DNA of 64,000 nt, taken from the NCBI GenBank assembly GCA_963719505.1, contig CAVRCF010000005.1, positions 928,001 through 992,000 of the forward strand, in the 5' to 3' direction. Positions 18,837 to 29,358 of the stretch are shown here, in pieces. The position numbers were made by a program, and so were the translations under genes. This stretch comes from Halobacteriovoraceae bacterium. GTDB taxonomy: Bacteria > Bdellovibrionota > Bacteriovoracia > Bacteriovoracales > Bacteriovoracaceae. Within the stretch, counting starts at the first letter, position 1; each line of letters begins with the position of its first letter. The notes under the pieces were generated by a model. The model had not been told where the DNA came from and did not search any database. It saw nothing but the letters and a program-made list of their open reading frames with translations.

Positions 18837-19413
18837 TTATGATAATCCTCCCCTGTTGTTTTTTCATCACAAACTGGACTGGGTTTAACCTTTCAAGTTT
18901 ATCTGATTGGTGCTCAATAATAAAAACACAGCTGCTTTGTCCGAGGTCGCAAAGTTGGTTTATCACTAGTTCCAACTTCTCTTTATCTAAATATTGCAAA
19001 GGTTCATCTAACAGGTAAAAATCGACGTTTTGTGAAATGGCAAGAATGAACTTAACAAGTTGATTCTCCCCTCCGCTGAGAATTTTTACAGAGCGATTGA
19101 CTAAATATTCTATATCAAAATACTCCACCAGTCTCATGGCTTTATTCTTGTCGAAAGAGTCAAAACGCTGGCCCATCATTTCAAGGATATCAATCAGTCT
19201 AATATCGTTAATCGGACTCAAAGGAAACTGGTCCATAAACGCGACTTTCTTCCCTTGGAATACACTCTGCGTTTTGGACTTTAAGTGATTAAAAAAAGTT
19301 GATTTTCCAATCCCATTTTGACCAGTCAAAATATTTAAACCAACGTTAAAATGAATTTCGACATCAACATTTTGGTTGTTTACAATAAAGAAATCAGCTT
19401 GTTCAAATTTCAT
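18826..19413 (-). CDS. ABC transporter ATP-binding protein
   Basis: GQNGIGKST, LSGGE, LLDEP, IIEH. Confidence 0.9.
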   Translation of the reverse strand: MKFEQADFFIVNNQNVDVEIHFNVGLNILTGQNGIGKSTFFNHLKSKTQSVFQGKKVAFMDQFPLSPINDIRLIDILEMMGQRFDSFDKNKAMRLVEYFDIEYLVNRSVKILSGGENQLVKFILAISQNVDFYLLDEPLQYLDKEKLELVINQLCDLGQSSCVFIIEHQSDKLERLNPVQFVMKKQQGRIIINGN

Positions 19414-20207
19414 AAATCCAGACCTATTAAAAACTCTAGAAGGTACACTTGTCGAATACCAGGAGAAAGAGCTCCTCGAAATTTTAAATTATATCTATTT
19501 TTCCCGACCTTTTTAAAAGAATTTAAACTTTCACTATCGGACACGGCGATGTGAATAGAATTTTTGGGGATTTTTTTCATAATTTTAGCTGACCATGGAA
19601 CGTATTCAAGTGGGCTTGAATACGTCTTAAGCTTTGTGATAACTTTCAAATCTTCAACGAAGCCATCACCAACAATTAAAAGCTCTGGTGCCTTTTTTGT
19701 AGAAGAGAATTTCCCCAAGTAAAAAAGAAAAACCTTATCAAATTTTATTTTCGAAATTTTCTTTTTTATAGAACTAACTTTAGACTTTATTGAAGAGAGT
19801 TTTTTTTCACATCCCTGCAAAAAACTTTGAAGGATCTCAACGCTTACGTCAAAAGAGGTAAAAGCTCCTCTTTTTCGAGTGAAGACTTCAACGAGATCTA
19901 TACCTTCTACTTTTGAGAGGTTCTTCCTCATCTCTAGACTTTGATCAAAGAAAACAATTTTTTTTGTCTTTGTCTGCTTGTTGAATACTTGCGGTCGAAG
20001 AAAAATCCCTCCCGCTAATTTTTTCACTTTATCTTCTTTTACTGGATGAAAAACAGAGATAGCCTCAACCTCATCTAATAATTCAAGTTCTTCAAGAAGC
20101 ATAGTTATAGGGGAACTCAAAGAATAATAGCTGTATTTTGGTGAGAGCTTGCAGCTTGAGTAAACACTCAAAGGAATAAAGAGAAGGATAAAACTAAAAG
20201 CCTTCAT
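19410..20207 (-). CDS. Putative periplasmic substrate-binding protein (divergent class III/BtuF-like)
   Basis: Signal peptide MKAFSFILLFIPLSVYS; SLSSPITMLLEEL and SPGIR motifs; overlaps the ABC ATPase gene. Confidence 0.6.
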   Translation of the reverse strand: MKAFSFILLFIPLSVYSSCKLSPKYSYYSLSSPITMLLEELELLDEVEAISVFHPVKEDKVKKLAGGIFLRPQVFNKQTKTKKIVFFDQSLEMRKNLSKVEGIDLVEVFTRKRGAFTSFDVSVEILQSFLQGCEKKLSSIKSKVSSIKKKISKIKFDKVFLFYLGKFSSTKKAPELLIVGDGFVEDLKVITKLKTYSSPLEYVPWSAKIMKKIPKNSIHIAVSDSESLNSFKKVGKNRYNLKFRGALSPGIRQVYLLEFLIGLDL

Positions 20208-20838
20208 TATCCAAAGCCAGGTTTGCCATTTGATCACAGTGCTCGTTTTGAGGGTGTCCAGCGTGTCCCTTAACCCACTCGAGAACTAAATTGTCTCCAA
20301 TCTTCTGCTTTAAAACATCAAGAGTCTGCCACATCTCTACATTTTCGGGCACTTTCTTATCTGCTTTCTTCCAACCTCGAGACTTCCAACCATCCATCCA
20401 TTTTGAAATGCCATCGACAACATATTTTGAGTCTGTGACCACTAAGATATCAACAGATGCTATTGACTCATTTTTTGCGTTGAGAAATGCGCCTAAAGCC
20501 TTGAGGCCTTCAATAACTCCAAGAAGCTCCATTCTGTTGTTGGTTGTGTTCTTAAAAACTTCGGCCTGTTCAAAGACAATCTCTCCCAACCAATTTTGAG
20601 CAAAACACCCATAAGCGCCTGGACCAGGATTCCCTCGACACGCTCCATCCGAAAAAATAACATACGACCCAGTTTTACCTTTAACAGAAGCTGGGAGTTC
20701 AAAATCGCCACTCTGACTAACACTTGGTTCTTCTAAAGAATCTATAGACTCATAGATTTGACTGAATGCATCACTCAGGGATTCATTCGATAGAGTTTTT
20801 TCAATTTTCTTTAAACTATTATAGAGTTTTTTTTTCAT
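20194..20838 (-). CDS. rnhA: Ribonuclease HI with N-terminal extension
   Basis: FSDGACRGNPGPG, TTNNRMEL, TDSKYV, WVKGHAGHPQNEHCD. Confidence 0.95.
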   Translation of the reverse strand: MKKKLYNSLKKIEKTLSNESLSDAFSQIYESIDSLEEPSVSQSGDFELPASVKGKTGSYVIFSDGACRGNPGPGAYGCFAQNWLGEIVFEQAEVFKNTTNNRMELLGVIEGLKALGAFLNAKNESIASVDILVVTDSKYVVDGISKWMDGWKSRGWKKADKKVPENVEMWQTLDVLKQKIGDNLVLEWVKGHAGHPQNEHCDQMANLALDNEGF

Positions 20839-20932
20839 CTACGCACCGCAACTATTTTTAGGTATTTTCTTTTCAAATACCCACCAAATATACTAATGTT
20901 ATATCCTTAGAGAATACACGTTTGGAGTAACT

Positions 20933-21430
20933 TTGGATAATCAATATTCGATTAAAGTATATAAGCAATATTTTAATTTTGCATCGTCACACTTTTTAAT
21001 TTTTGATGATGGCTCAAGAGAGCCTTTGCACGGGCATAACTACAGAGTTATGATCAAAGGAGAAGCTCCAAGTTTAAAGGCAGACGTTGTCTTTGATTTT
21101 CTAGACATAAAGCCAATCGTCAAAGAGGTTTGTGACAGTTTAGATCACAAGCTCCTCCTTCCAAAAGAAAACGATAAATTACAAATCCATGAGGACAATA
21201 ATAATTATAAAGTTATCACTCCTGATGAGTCGCATTTTAGCTTCCCCAAGCAAGATGTACTCCTTCTGCCAATACTAAACACAAGTGCTGAGAGGCTCGC
21301 TATTTATATAAATCAAAGAGTCAGAGAACTTACTAAAGAGAGATTTAATTTTGTTTTCTCAACATTTGAAATCGAAGTAGAGGAAACTCCAGGGCAATCT
21401 GCAATATATATCCACAAGGAAGAAGTATGA
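20933..21430 (+). CDS. queD: 6-carboxytetrahydropterin synthase / PTPS family
   Basis: FASSHF, EPLHGHNYRV, LDHKLL, SAERLA, VEETPGQ. Confidence 0.8.
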   Translation: MDNQYSIKVYKQYFNFASSHFLIFDDGSREPLHGHNYRVMIKGEAPSLKADVVFDFLDIKPIVKEVCDSLDHKLLLPKENDKLQIHEDNNNYKVITPDESHFSFPKQDVLLLPILNTSAERLAIYINQRVRELTKERFNFVFSTFEIEVEETPGQSAIYIHKEEV

Positions 21431-22113
21431 TTTTTCTAGAATTAGATCCAGGTAAGTCAGTTGAGAACATGGACATTCATGCTTTTCGAACAGATGTTAA
21501 AGCAGACAAGTACCTCTACCTACTTGCCGGCACACACGGTGACGAGGTTGAAGGAGTCTATGTCTTAAAGAAGTTATTTGATTGGCTTAAGGATGAACAC
21601 AGCTTAAGAGATCTTCCTATAGTCGTTGTACCAGTCCTAAACCCAGACGGTTATAGAAACTCTACAAGGGTTAACTCCCATGCTGTGGATCTCAATAGGA
21701 ACTATCCATCAGACAACTGGGTGGCACAAGCAAGAAAAGAAAAATACAACCCAGGCCCTGAAGCCTTGAGTGAGCCAGAAAATAAATTTTTGGTAAAGCT
21801 CATGGATAAATTTAACCCAGGCCTTGTCCTATCATTTCACTCATGGAAACCACTGCTTAACTTTAATGGTGATATAGAAGATATTGCTGAATATCTTTCT
21901 AGCCATAATGAGTACGAAACGGCTGGAGATGTTGGCTACCCAACTCCGGGATCATTGGGCTGTTTTGTTCCGGAAAAATATAAATGTGGCGTTCTCACTT
22001 TCGAGTGCCCAGTCCTAAATGACAAAATTTCTCTTAAAAGTATATGGGAAGAAAATGAAGAGGCTTTGAAAAGCTTAATTCAAAGTAATCTACTCCTCGA
22101 TAAAATAAAATGA
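21427..22113 (+). CDS. M14 zinc carboxypeptidase, MpaA-like murein peptide amidase
   Basis: GTHGDE, NPDG, VDLNRNYP, SEPE, SFH, YPTPGSLG, TFE. Confidence 0.85.
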   Translation: MIFLELDPGKSVENMDIHAFRTDVKADKYLYLLAGTHGDEVEGVYVLKKLFDWLKDEHSLRDLPIVVVPVLNPDGYRNSTRVNSHAVDLNRNYPSDNWVAQARKEKYNPGPEALSEPENKFLVKLMDKFNPGLVLSFHSWKPLLNFNGDIEDIAEYLSSHNEYETAGDVGYPTPGSLGCFVPEKYKCGVLTFECPVLNDKISLKSIWEENEEALKSLIQSNLLLDKIK

Positions 22114-22877
22114 TTGCAAAAGCTCTTTCAATAATCTTTTACCCCTTTTCTGTTTTATTATTGTTTGTAAGTTTTACCATTATTGTCATCCCCATTAGCC
22201 TAGTTATATGGCCATTTCAATGGCAAACTCGACTAAAGTATACTGCTCCTTTTTGGAAACTCTTCGGACGCTGTTCAATAAAATTGGTCTGTGCTTGCAA
22301 AACGACAGTCATTGATAGAAGAAATTCAGCAGTTAGAGATTTAAACATTCCACCAGGTCTTTATGTTGCCAATCATCAAAGCTTCGTTGATGTGCCTTTT
22401 TTACTCAGTAGTTTTCAGGTTCCACCGATCATGAAGAAAGAAATTTTATATGCTCCAATCTTTGGAGTTTGTGCCTACTCTGCAGGAGCTATGATAGTTG
22501 ATCGTAAAAAGAACAAATCGAGAAGGCAAACATTTGCATTGGCCAAAGAAAGACTGACAACTTACTACAGCAATCTTCAATACTACCCAGAAGGAACAAG
22601 GCAAAAAAGAGACCTTCCTCCAAGACCAATTGAAAAAATAAAGAAGCCCTTAATGGTCTTTTGCTACAAAAATAATATTCCAGTATATCCTGTTAGTATC
22701 TATGGGACGAGAAAAGTTCTCAATGCTATTGCTATGATTAACTACAGAACCCCTATCGGAAAAATTATGCACGATGCTGTCGTTCCTTCAGAATTTAAAA
22801 ATGAAAATGATTTTTGTCAGGCCATCTGGGATAAGGTTTGTTCAGGTTATTTGGAACTAGAAAAGCAATTAAGCTAA
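22110..22877 (+). CDS. Lysophospholipid acyltransferase (PlsC-like)
   Basis: NHQSFVD, YPEGTR, PVSIYG; N-terminal TM. Confidence 0.88.
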   Translation: MIAKALSIIFYPFSVLLLFVSFTIIVIPISLVIWPFQWQTRLKYTAPFWKLFGRCSIKLVCACKTTVIDRRNSAVRDLNIPPGLYVANHQSFVDVPFLLSSFQVPPIMKKEILYAPIFGVCAYSAGAMIVDRKKNKSRRQTFALAKERLTTYYSNLQYYPEGTRQKRDLPPRPIEKIKKPLMVFCYKNNIPVYPVSIYGTRKVLNAIAMINYRTPIGKIMHDAVVPSEFKNENDFCQAIWDKVCSGYLELEKQLS

Positions 22878-23807
22878 ATTAAATTGAGATTTTATAACAT
22901 CATCGACTTTAGCTAATCCTAAAATCTTCTCATTCATATCTCGAATCCAATAGTAATCAGATATAAAATCAGCATCCAAAATTTTTGCTGCGCGATCTTT
23001 TTTTAAAATGACTCCATTTGAATACAGTTTGGCTTCTTTATCTTCAAAGTAGACGCTTCCAAAAGGAAGAACCTTATCCATTTCAAGTCCGTGATCAGAT
23101 ATATTCCACTCCTCTCCACTAGGCCAATCCTTGTAGGCTATTGTATTTTTAAGTTCACAGCCTCCCACTTTTTCTCTTACAAGGGAGACCAATGTTCCGA
23201 CGGTCCCTAGGGCATTTGCACAATCAGAAAAAAGAGTTCTGATATAAGTTCCCGAACTGACTTCAAAGCGCATAATCAGATAGGGAAAATTGTATTTAAC
23301 CACTTCCAATTTCGTTATGGTTCTTTCAACTTCTTCCTTCTTAATGTCCACACCTTCTCTTGCCCATCGATGAAGAGCTTTACCTTCAAATTTTGCTGCT
23401 GAGTATTTATGGGGTGCTTGCAAATAATCTCCCAAAAATTTTTCTCGACAAATATTTTCAATAAACTTATCTGAAAAACTTGAAATTTCTTCTTTTAAAT
23501 AGCGAGAATCATCAATTTGAGAGGGATCAACAGTTAAGTCACCTGTCTCAGTCTCGATGCCAAGTTTACCAACGGCAAGATATGTTTTGGGGAGAAATTC
23601 GTGAATAAAATTGTTTAACTTCGCAGCTCCATTAACGCCAATCATGAGGACGCCTGAAGCAAAGGGATCAAGTGTGCCAAAGTGGCCAATCTTCCCATAA
23701 CCTTTTGGTAGGTTTCTTTTAAAATGTCTTACGACATCAAAAGAACTTTTCCTAGGAGGTTTGAAAGCATTAAAAATTAAAGGAGTATTATATCTCTGAC
23801 TCATCAC
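22869..23807 (-). CDS. truB: tRNA pseudouridine(55) synthase
   Basis: KIGHFGTLDPFASGVL, YSAAK, SSGTYIRTL; follows rbfA. Confidence 0.95.
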   Translation of the reverse strand: MMSQRYNTPLIFNAFKPPRKSSFDVVRHFKRNLPKGYGKIGHFGTLDPFASGVLMIGVNGAAKLNNFIHEFLPKTYLAVGKLGIETETGDLTVDPSQIDDSRYLKEEISSFSDKFIENICREKFLGDYLQAPHKYSAAKFEGKALHRWAREGVDIKKEEVERTITKLEVVKYNFPYLIMRFEVSSGTYIRTLFSDCANALGTVGTLVSLVREKVGGCELKNTIAYKDWPSGEEWNISDHGLEMDKVLPFGSVYFEDKEAKLYSNGVILKKDRAAKILDADFISDYYWIRDMNEKILGLAKVDDVIKSQFNLA

Positions 23808-24159
23808 TTTTAGCTTTATTAAGTAGCTTAGTAATGTTCATTTCGTCTTCAAATTGTGAGTCATAAATAAATGTGATAATTGGCGTATGTCTAACATCTA
23901 GTTTTTTGGCCAAAAGAGATCTCATTTTACCGGTTAAACCATCGATAGCTTCTTTTATGTCGCCTCTTTTTCCCGGATCAAAGGTATCCCAGTAAACTTC
24001 AGCCACTGAATAATCAGGATTCAACTCCACCCTTGTCACAGTACATAAACTTAGTCGAGGATCACTGATCTCTCTTCTAAGAATGGAGTTGATCGCATTC
24101 TTAATTCTATCTTGATATGTAATCTTAGGATTTGCCCCAGATTTTTTTTGCCTAGCCAT
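23788..24159 (-). CDS. rbfA: Ribosome-binding factor A
   Basis: ISDPRL...VTRVELNPDYSVA, RHTPIITFIYD; between infB and truB. Confidence 0.93.
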   Translation of the reverse strand: MARQKKSGANPKITYQDRIKNAINSILRREISDPRLSLCTVTRVELNPDYSVAEVYWDTFDPGKRGDIKEAIDGLTGKMRSLLAKKLDVRHTPIITFIYDSQFEDEMNITKLLNKAKSDESEI

Positions 24160-24166
24160 TTTTACC

Positions 24167-26780
24167 CTAGAAGTTTTTGTTCTCTTCTAATTTACGTTTC
24201 TTCTCTTCTAAAAGATACGCTTCAATTAAGTCGTTGTTTTTAATATCGTTGAAGCCTTCTAAAGCCATACCACATTCGTATCCGTTAGAAACTTCTTTAA
24301 CTTCATCTTTAAATCTCTTAAGAGTCGAAAGTTTTCCATCATAGATAATTTTACCTTCTCTAAGAAGTCGAATATTACAGCCACGTTCAATTTTACCATC
24401 AATAACTGCAGACCCTGCAATGGTTCCAATCTTCGGAATTGTAAAAGTGTCTCTAACTTCTGCACGACCAATATATTTTTCAATTTTCTCAGGCTCAAGC
24501 ATTCCTTCAAGAGCAAGTGTAATGTCGTTTATTAGCTCATATATAATTGAATATGTTCTAACTTCAATTCCTAAATTCTCTGCCATTTTTCTAGCGGAAG
24601 TAACTGGTCTCATATTGAATCCAATTAAGAATCCGTTTGAGTTATTGGCCATTTGAACATCATTATCTGTAATGGCACCAACTCCACCTGTCAGAACTTC
24701 AACTCCAACTTCATCATTTCCAAGAGCTTCTACAGCATTTTTAATTGCTTCAAATGAACCTTGAACATCTGTTCTAACGATAAGGTTGAGAATCTTTTTC
24801 TCTGTCATATCTTCAGGAGCTTGAGCAAAGAAATCCTCAAGGCTATTAACTTGTGGTTTTTCAACATTTTCAAGTTTTCTTCTGTCAGCAATTCTATTTT
24901 CAACAATTTTTTTGGCTTCTCTTTCATTTTTTACAACGTTAAGAGTATCTCCTGGGCTTGGTACTGTATTGAAGCCAAGAATTTGAACAGGTATCGAAGG
25001 ACCAGCCGATTGAACATTTTGTCCAAGGGTATCCATCAAGCTTCTTGCTCTTCCGTAGTTTTCACCACAGACAATAGCGTCACCTTTTTTCAAAGTTCCT
25101 TTTTGTACCAGGCAAGTCGCAACTGCACCACGACCTGTTTCGAGTTTTGCTTCGATAATCATTCCCTCTGCTTGACCTTTAGGGTCTTCACGAAGGTCCA
25201 TCATTTCAGCTTGAAGTTTTATCGCCTCAAGGAGGTCATCAGTTCCGTCTCCGTTGAGAGCTGAGATTGGAACATACATCGTATCCCCACCCCAATCTTC
25301 AGGAACGAGTTCAAACTCTGTCATTTCTTGTTTTATTCTTTCAGGATTAGCACCTTCTTTATCCATCTTATTAATAGCGACAATAATTGGGCTTCCTGCT
25401 TTTTTTGCGTATCGAATTGATTCTTTTGTTTGTGGCATGACACCATCATCTGCAGCAACGACAAGAACAACAATGTCAGTAACATCAGCACCACGTTGTC
25501 TCATTGACCCAAAAGCCGCGTGACCAGGAGTATCTAGGAAAGTTAAAGTTGATCCACTTACTTTCACTGAATATGCCCCAATATGTTGAGTAATTCCACC
25601 AGCCTCACCTTCAGTGACTTTTGTTTTCCTTAGGTGGTCGAGCAAGGTTGTTTTCCCATGATCGACGTGTCCCATAACTGTAATAATTGAGTTTCTAACT
25701 GGTAGGTGTGATTTATCTTCTTCTTCAACTTGCCCAAGAGCAGCATCTTCATCAAAAGCTCTGTTTTCCACTCTATAATCATATAGAGCCGCTAGTTCAC
25801 TCGCGAGTTCAACACCGATATCATCGTCTTTCTTTAATAAAAGATTCATATCGAGTGCTCTATTTTGGAAAGAAGCAAATTTCTCAGAAAGTTTATTGAG
25901 CAAGATCAGCCGCTGTCGTAACGTTAAACATTTCAACAACTCTTTTCGAGTCTTTAACTTCTGTTATTTCTGTAGACTTAGTTGCACCTGAGAAAATTCT
26001 TCTTTCTTTTCATAGGAGTATAAATCTGTCGGCCCGTAACGACGGTTGCAAGCTTTAAATCTTCATCCGCTCTAACTTGAGTAAGGTCTTTTGTTTTTCA
26101 CTTTCTTAGAAACGATAGCTAGCTAAGATCGCCCATTCGTTTCTTACTATCAGCCGCTGGAGCTGCTGCTGGATTTGAAAACTGCGTTTTTCGCAGCTGG
26201 CTCACTGCTTTATTCAGACTTAGCTTTCTTCCTCTTCAGGTGGAACAAATACTGGCGTAAAGGCATGCATTTTCTCTTTATACACTTCTTGTTTTGGCTC
26301 AGATGTATCTTGTTCAACCTTAGCCTCTACTTCTTTTTTAGCTTCCGGTCTGGAGACAACTTGAAGCCCTTGAGGTTTATCACCCTCATAATTTTCTTGA
26401 GCTTCTTTAGCTTCTTTAGCCTCTTTTTTAGCAGCTTTTTTACGAGTAAGAGTTTTCTTCTTAACGATGATTGTCTTCGGTTGGCTCTCTTTCTTAGGAG
26501 AATCACCTTCATCATCAGATACTGCATCACCATCTTTGCTGCTTGCTTTTTTGACAACTTTTTTCTTCGTCACTTTTTTAGCTGTTTTCTTCTTAACAAC
26601 TTTTTTCTTAGCAGCTTTCGTTTTAGGAGCAAGAGTTGCCATCGCCTTTTCAGATCTCTTCATCAGCTAAGCGACAACCATGTGATTTCTCACATTCAAT
26701 CCCATACCTTTCAGCTGCTCAACCAAATCGATCGCACCAACTCCAATTTCTTTTGCCAATTCAAACACTTTTTTAGGCAT
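24167..26780 (-). CDS. infB: Translation initiation factor IF-2 (5' part broken by several indels)
   Basis: Start MPKKVFELAKEIGV at 26780; G-domain MGHVDHGKTTLLD, DTPGH, NKMD intact in 24167-25939; Lys/Glu-rich linker in ORF 26220-26663. Confidence 0.92.
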
Positions 26781-26824
26781 CTACTATCTCCAGTTTTTCC
26801 TAACTTTTACTTATTTTAATCTAC

Positions 26825-28257
26825 TTACTTTAATTTAAATGCTGCTAACTCTTCTCTTAATCTTTTTTCAGCGTCTGAGAATTTACATCTTCGTCACCAC
26901 TAGCATTACTTGAAGCAGAATCTTTGATCATTCCCATTCTCTGAGACAGGAACTGACCTGAAGCTGAAATGATCTCTGACTCTTCTTCTGGCTCATTAGC
27001 ATATCATCTTTTCAATAGCTGTTGAAGCGGCATGCAATCATTCTTTGCAGCATCTTCTTGTTAACAGTTCTAAGACCTTTAACTAATCTTCAGCGGTTCT
27101 GTTGCAGTAAGGTCAACGATAGACATAACTACCAATTTGAACAAGCACTTGAGCTGTTGCTTCACAACGTCTTCCAAGTTGAAGAGGTTTTCAACAGCAA
27201 ATCTTAACTTTTTCTTGAAGCTTAGCTTTTAGAAATAATATTTACTTTCCAACCAGATAAGCATCGCTGCTAAGTCTTACATTTTGACCACGTCTACCAA
27301 TCGCTAAGGAGAGTTGATCTTCTTCAACAATAACATCTAAGACATGATCTTCATGATTCATACTAATTGATGTAATTTCGACTTGGTGCAAGTGCATTTT
27401 TAACAAAGTAACTTCAACGTCATCATGCCACTTAACAATATCAATTTTCTCACCCTGAAGTTCATTAACAATATTTTGAACTCTTGAACCTTTCATACCA
27501 ACACAAGCACCAACAGGATCAATATCTCTATCGATAGTATAAACTGCAATTTTTGCTCTATGACCAGGCTCTCTAGCAGCTGCTTTAATCTCAATTGTTC
27601 CGTCTTGAATTTCAGGAACTTCAATTTCAAATAGTTTAACTAAAAACATTGGGGACGTTCTTGAAACTCTAATTTCAGGACCTCTGTTTGTCATTACAAC
27701 TTCAGATAAATATGCTTGAACTCTGTCACCAGGCTTAAATTGCTCACCATAGATGATTTCTCTTCTCGTTAATATCGCATCAGCTTTACCAAGATCGATA
27801 ATAACGTTTCCACTTTCATAACGTCTTACGATACCAGTAACTAGCTCACCTTCTCTATGTTTAAATTCAGCAAAAAGAATTTCTCTTTCTGCATCTCTAA
27901 CTTTTTGAAAAATAATTTGTTTTGCTGTTTGAATATCAACTCTTGAAAATTTAGGATCTTCAATTTTTATACCTAGCTGATCACCAATTTCACAGTCTTC
28001 ATCTAAGGTCTTTAGCTGCGCCGTGAGTCAATTTCAACGATGGAGTCTTTAACTGCATCAACGACATTTTTGTATTGAAAGATTTCAATTTCACCATCAT
28101 CTTCATTATATCTGGCTTCATACTCACCTTGAATTCCAAACTTCTTTCTCGCCGTAACTAGAAAGGCTTGCTCTATTGCACCAACGACGATTTCTTTTTT
28201 TATTCCACGATCTTTTCCAAGTAGTTCAATTACTTTTCCTAATTCTGAAAAATTCAC
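26825..28257 (-). CDS. nusA: Transcription factor NusA (fragmented by indels)
   Basis: Fragments MNFSELGKVIELLGKDRGI, SRTSPMFLVKLFEIEVPEI, AREPGHRAKIAV, DPVGACVGMKGSRV, LSLAIGRRGQNVRL; likely end ...REELAAFKLK*. Confidence 0.9.
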
Positions 28258-28267
28258 GTTTTCTCCT

Positions 28268-28783
28268 CTATACCTTAGGTTCTAAGTTTGCTTTTTTCAT
28301 TTGTTCAAATGTGATTGGTAAACTTAATCCATCAATTTCTAATATTATATTCTCTTCATTTATTTCTTTTAATAAGCCCACAAAAGTATTTCCTTTTTGT
28401 ATGGCTTTGGAAAAATCCTTCGTAAGACTCTCATCCAACTTTCCAGTGATGAAAATCTGAACTCGCTGATCTTTCGCTAATTCAAAGTGCTCTTTCGTTT
28501 TCAAGGAGCGGTACATTCCAGGAGAGGATACTTCAAGAACGATATCATTTGGAATCCAATTCCCTTCTTCTTCTTCGAAAAACGGATTCATCGCTCTGGT
28601 CACTTTTACACAGTCATCTATATCAGCAGTATTCGTTTTAGCATCCATAATAAAAACTCTCAGGGTTGATGAGCCAGAGACGTATTCCATATCATAGAGA
28701 ACATAACCATTTTCTTCGGTTGTACTTTTAGAGAAATCATAAAATTTACTCTCAATTCCAGTACGTTTCTTATCCAATTCCAA
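28268..28783 (-). CDS. rimP: Ribosome maturation factor RimP
   Basis: LRVFIMD, IDDCVKV, LEVSSPG; probable TTG start at 28783 after AGGTGG. Confidence 0.92.
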   Translation of the reverse strand: MELDKKRTGIESKFYDFSKSTTEENGYVLYDMEYVSGSSTLRVFIMDAKTNTADIDDCVKVTRAMNPFFEEEEGNWIPNDIVLEVSSPGMYRSLKTKEHFELAKDQRVQIFITGKLDESLTKDFSKAIQKGNTFVGLLKEINEENIILEIDGLSLPITFEQMKKANLEPKV

Positions 28784-28787
28784 TTTT

Positions 28788-28830
28788 AAAACCACCTGAT
28801 TAAAAAAAGGGGTGGTTTAAAAACCACCCC
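28788..28830 (-). promoter_or_regulatory. rimP leader attenuator-like hairpin with U-tail
   Basis: Minus strand GGGGTGGTTT-TT-AAACCACCCC-TTTTTTT just upstream of the rimP start. Confidence 0.75.
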
Positions 28831-28861
28831 AACTTTCGAACTACTTTTATAACAGATTGAA

Positions 28862-28890
28862 TTTGTATCAACATCGACTTAATTTGACAA
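28862..28890 (-). promoter_or_regulatory. sigma70-type promoter of the rimP operon
   Basis: Minus strand TTGTCA-17 bp-TACAAA. Confidence 0.55.
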
Positions 28891-28896
28891 GCTTTC

Positions 28897-29358
28897 TTAA
28901 AGCATTCGCTGCATCGCAAAAGCATTGTCACCATTTTCGTAAAACTTCTTTTTTTCCACCAGTATTTTAAAACCAAATCCCTTGTAGAAGCTTATCGCGA
29001 CTGAATTACTAGTAGAGACTTCCAGATAAACACTCTTTAATCCCCCATCTCTAAGGTCCTTAAGAGCAAAGTCCATAATCTTTTTTGCTACACCTAAGCC
29101 TCGGTATTGGGGCAAGACTAAGATCTTGTACAAATGGCAAAGAGATTCTAGCTCATTCACAGCATATAGCGCAAAGCAGCGTATTTTACTTTGATGATCT
29201 TTTTCAAAATATAAAACTTGATTATCACTTGATTTTAAACCACTCCACTGGTCTCGACTCCAAGGATTTGGAAAAAAATCCCGGTCCATGCTGAAAAAGT
29301 CATCGATCTGTCCAGAAGTGATATCGCTAGACTCTAAGACGGAAATCATTTTGTCCAA
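28897..29358 (-). CDS. rimI: RimI-like GNAT acetyltransferase
   Basis: FPNPWS, YRGLGVAK, YLEVSTSN..AISFYKGFGF, KFYENGDNAF. Confidence 0.8.
   Translation of the reverse strand: MDKMISVLESSDITSGQIDDFFSMDRDFFPNPWSRDQWSGLKSSDNQVLYFEKDHQSKIRCFALYAVNELESLCHLYKILVLPQYRGLGVAKKIMDFALKDLRDGGLKSVYLEVSTSNSVAISFYKGFGFKILVEKKKFYENGDNAFAMQRML

Noticed and set aside
26175..26819. 214-aa Phe-rich plus-strand ORF
   Set aside because: Antisense shadow of the Lys-rich infB N-terminus.
24167..28257. infB and nusA as pseudogenes or programmed frameshifts
   Set aside because: Essential genes, intact motifs and many scattered indels point to sequencing error.
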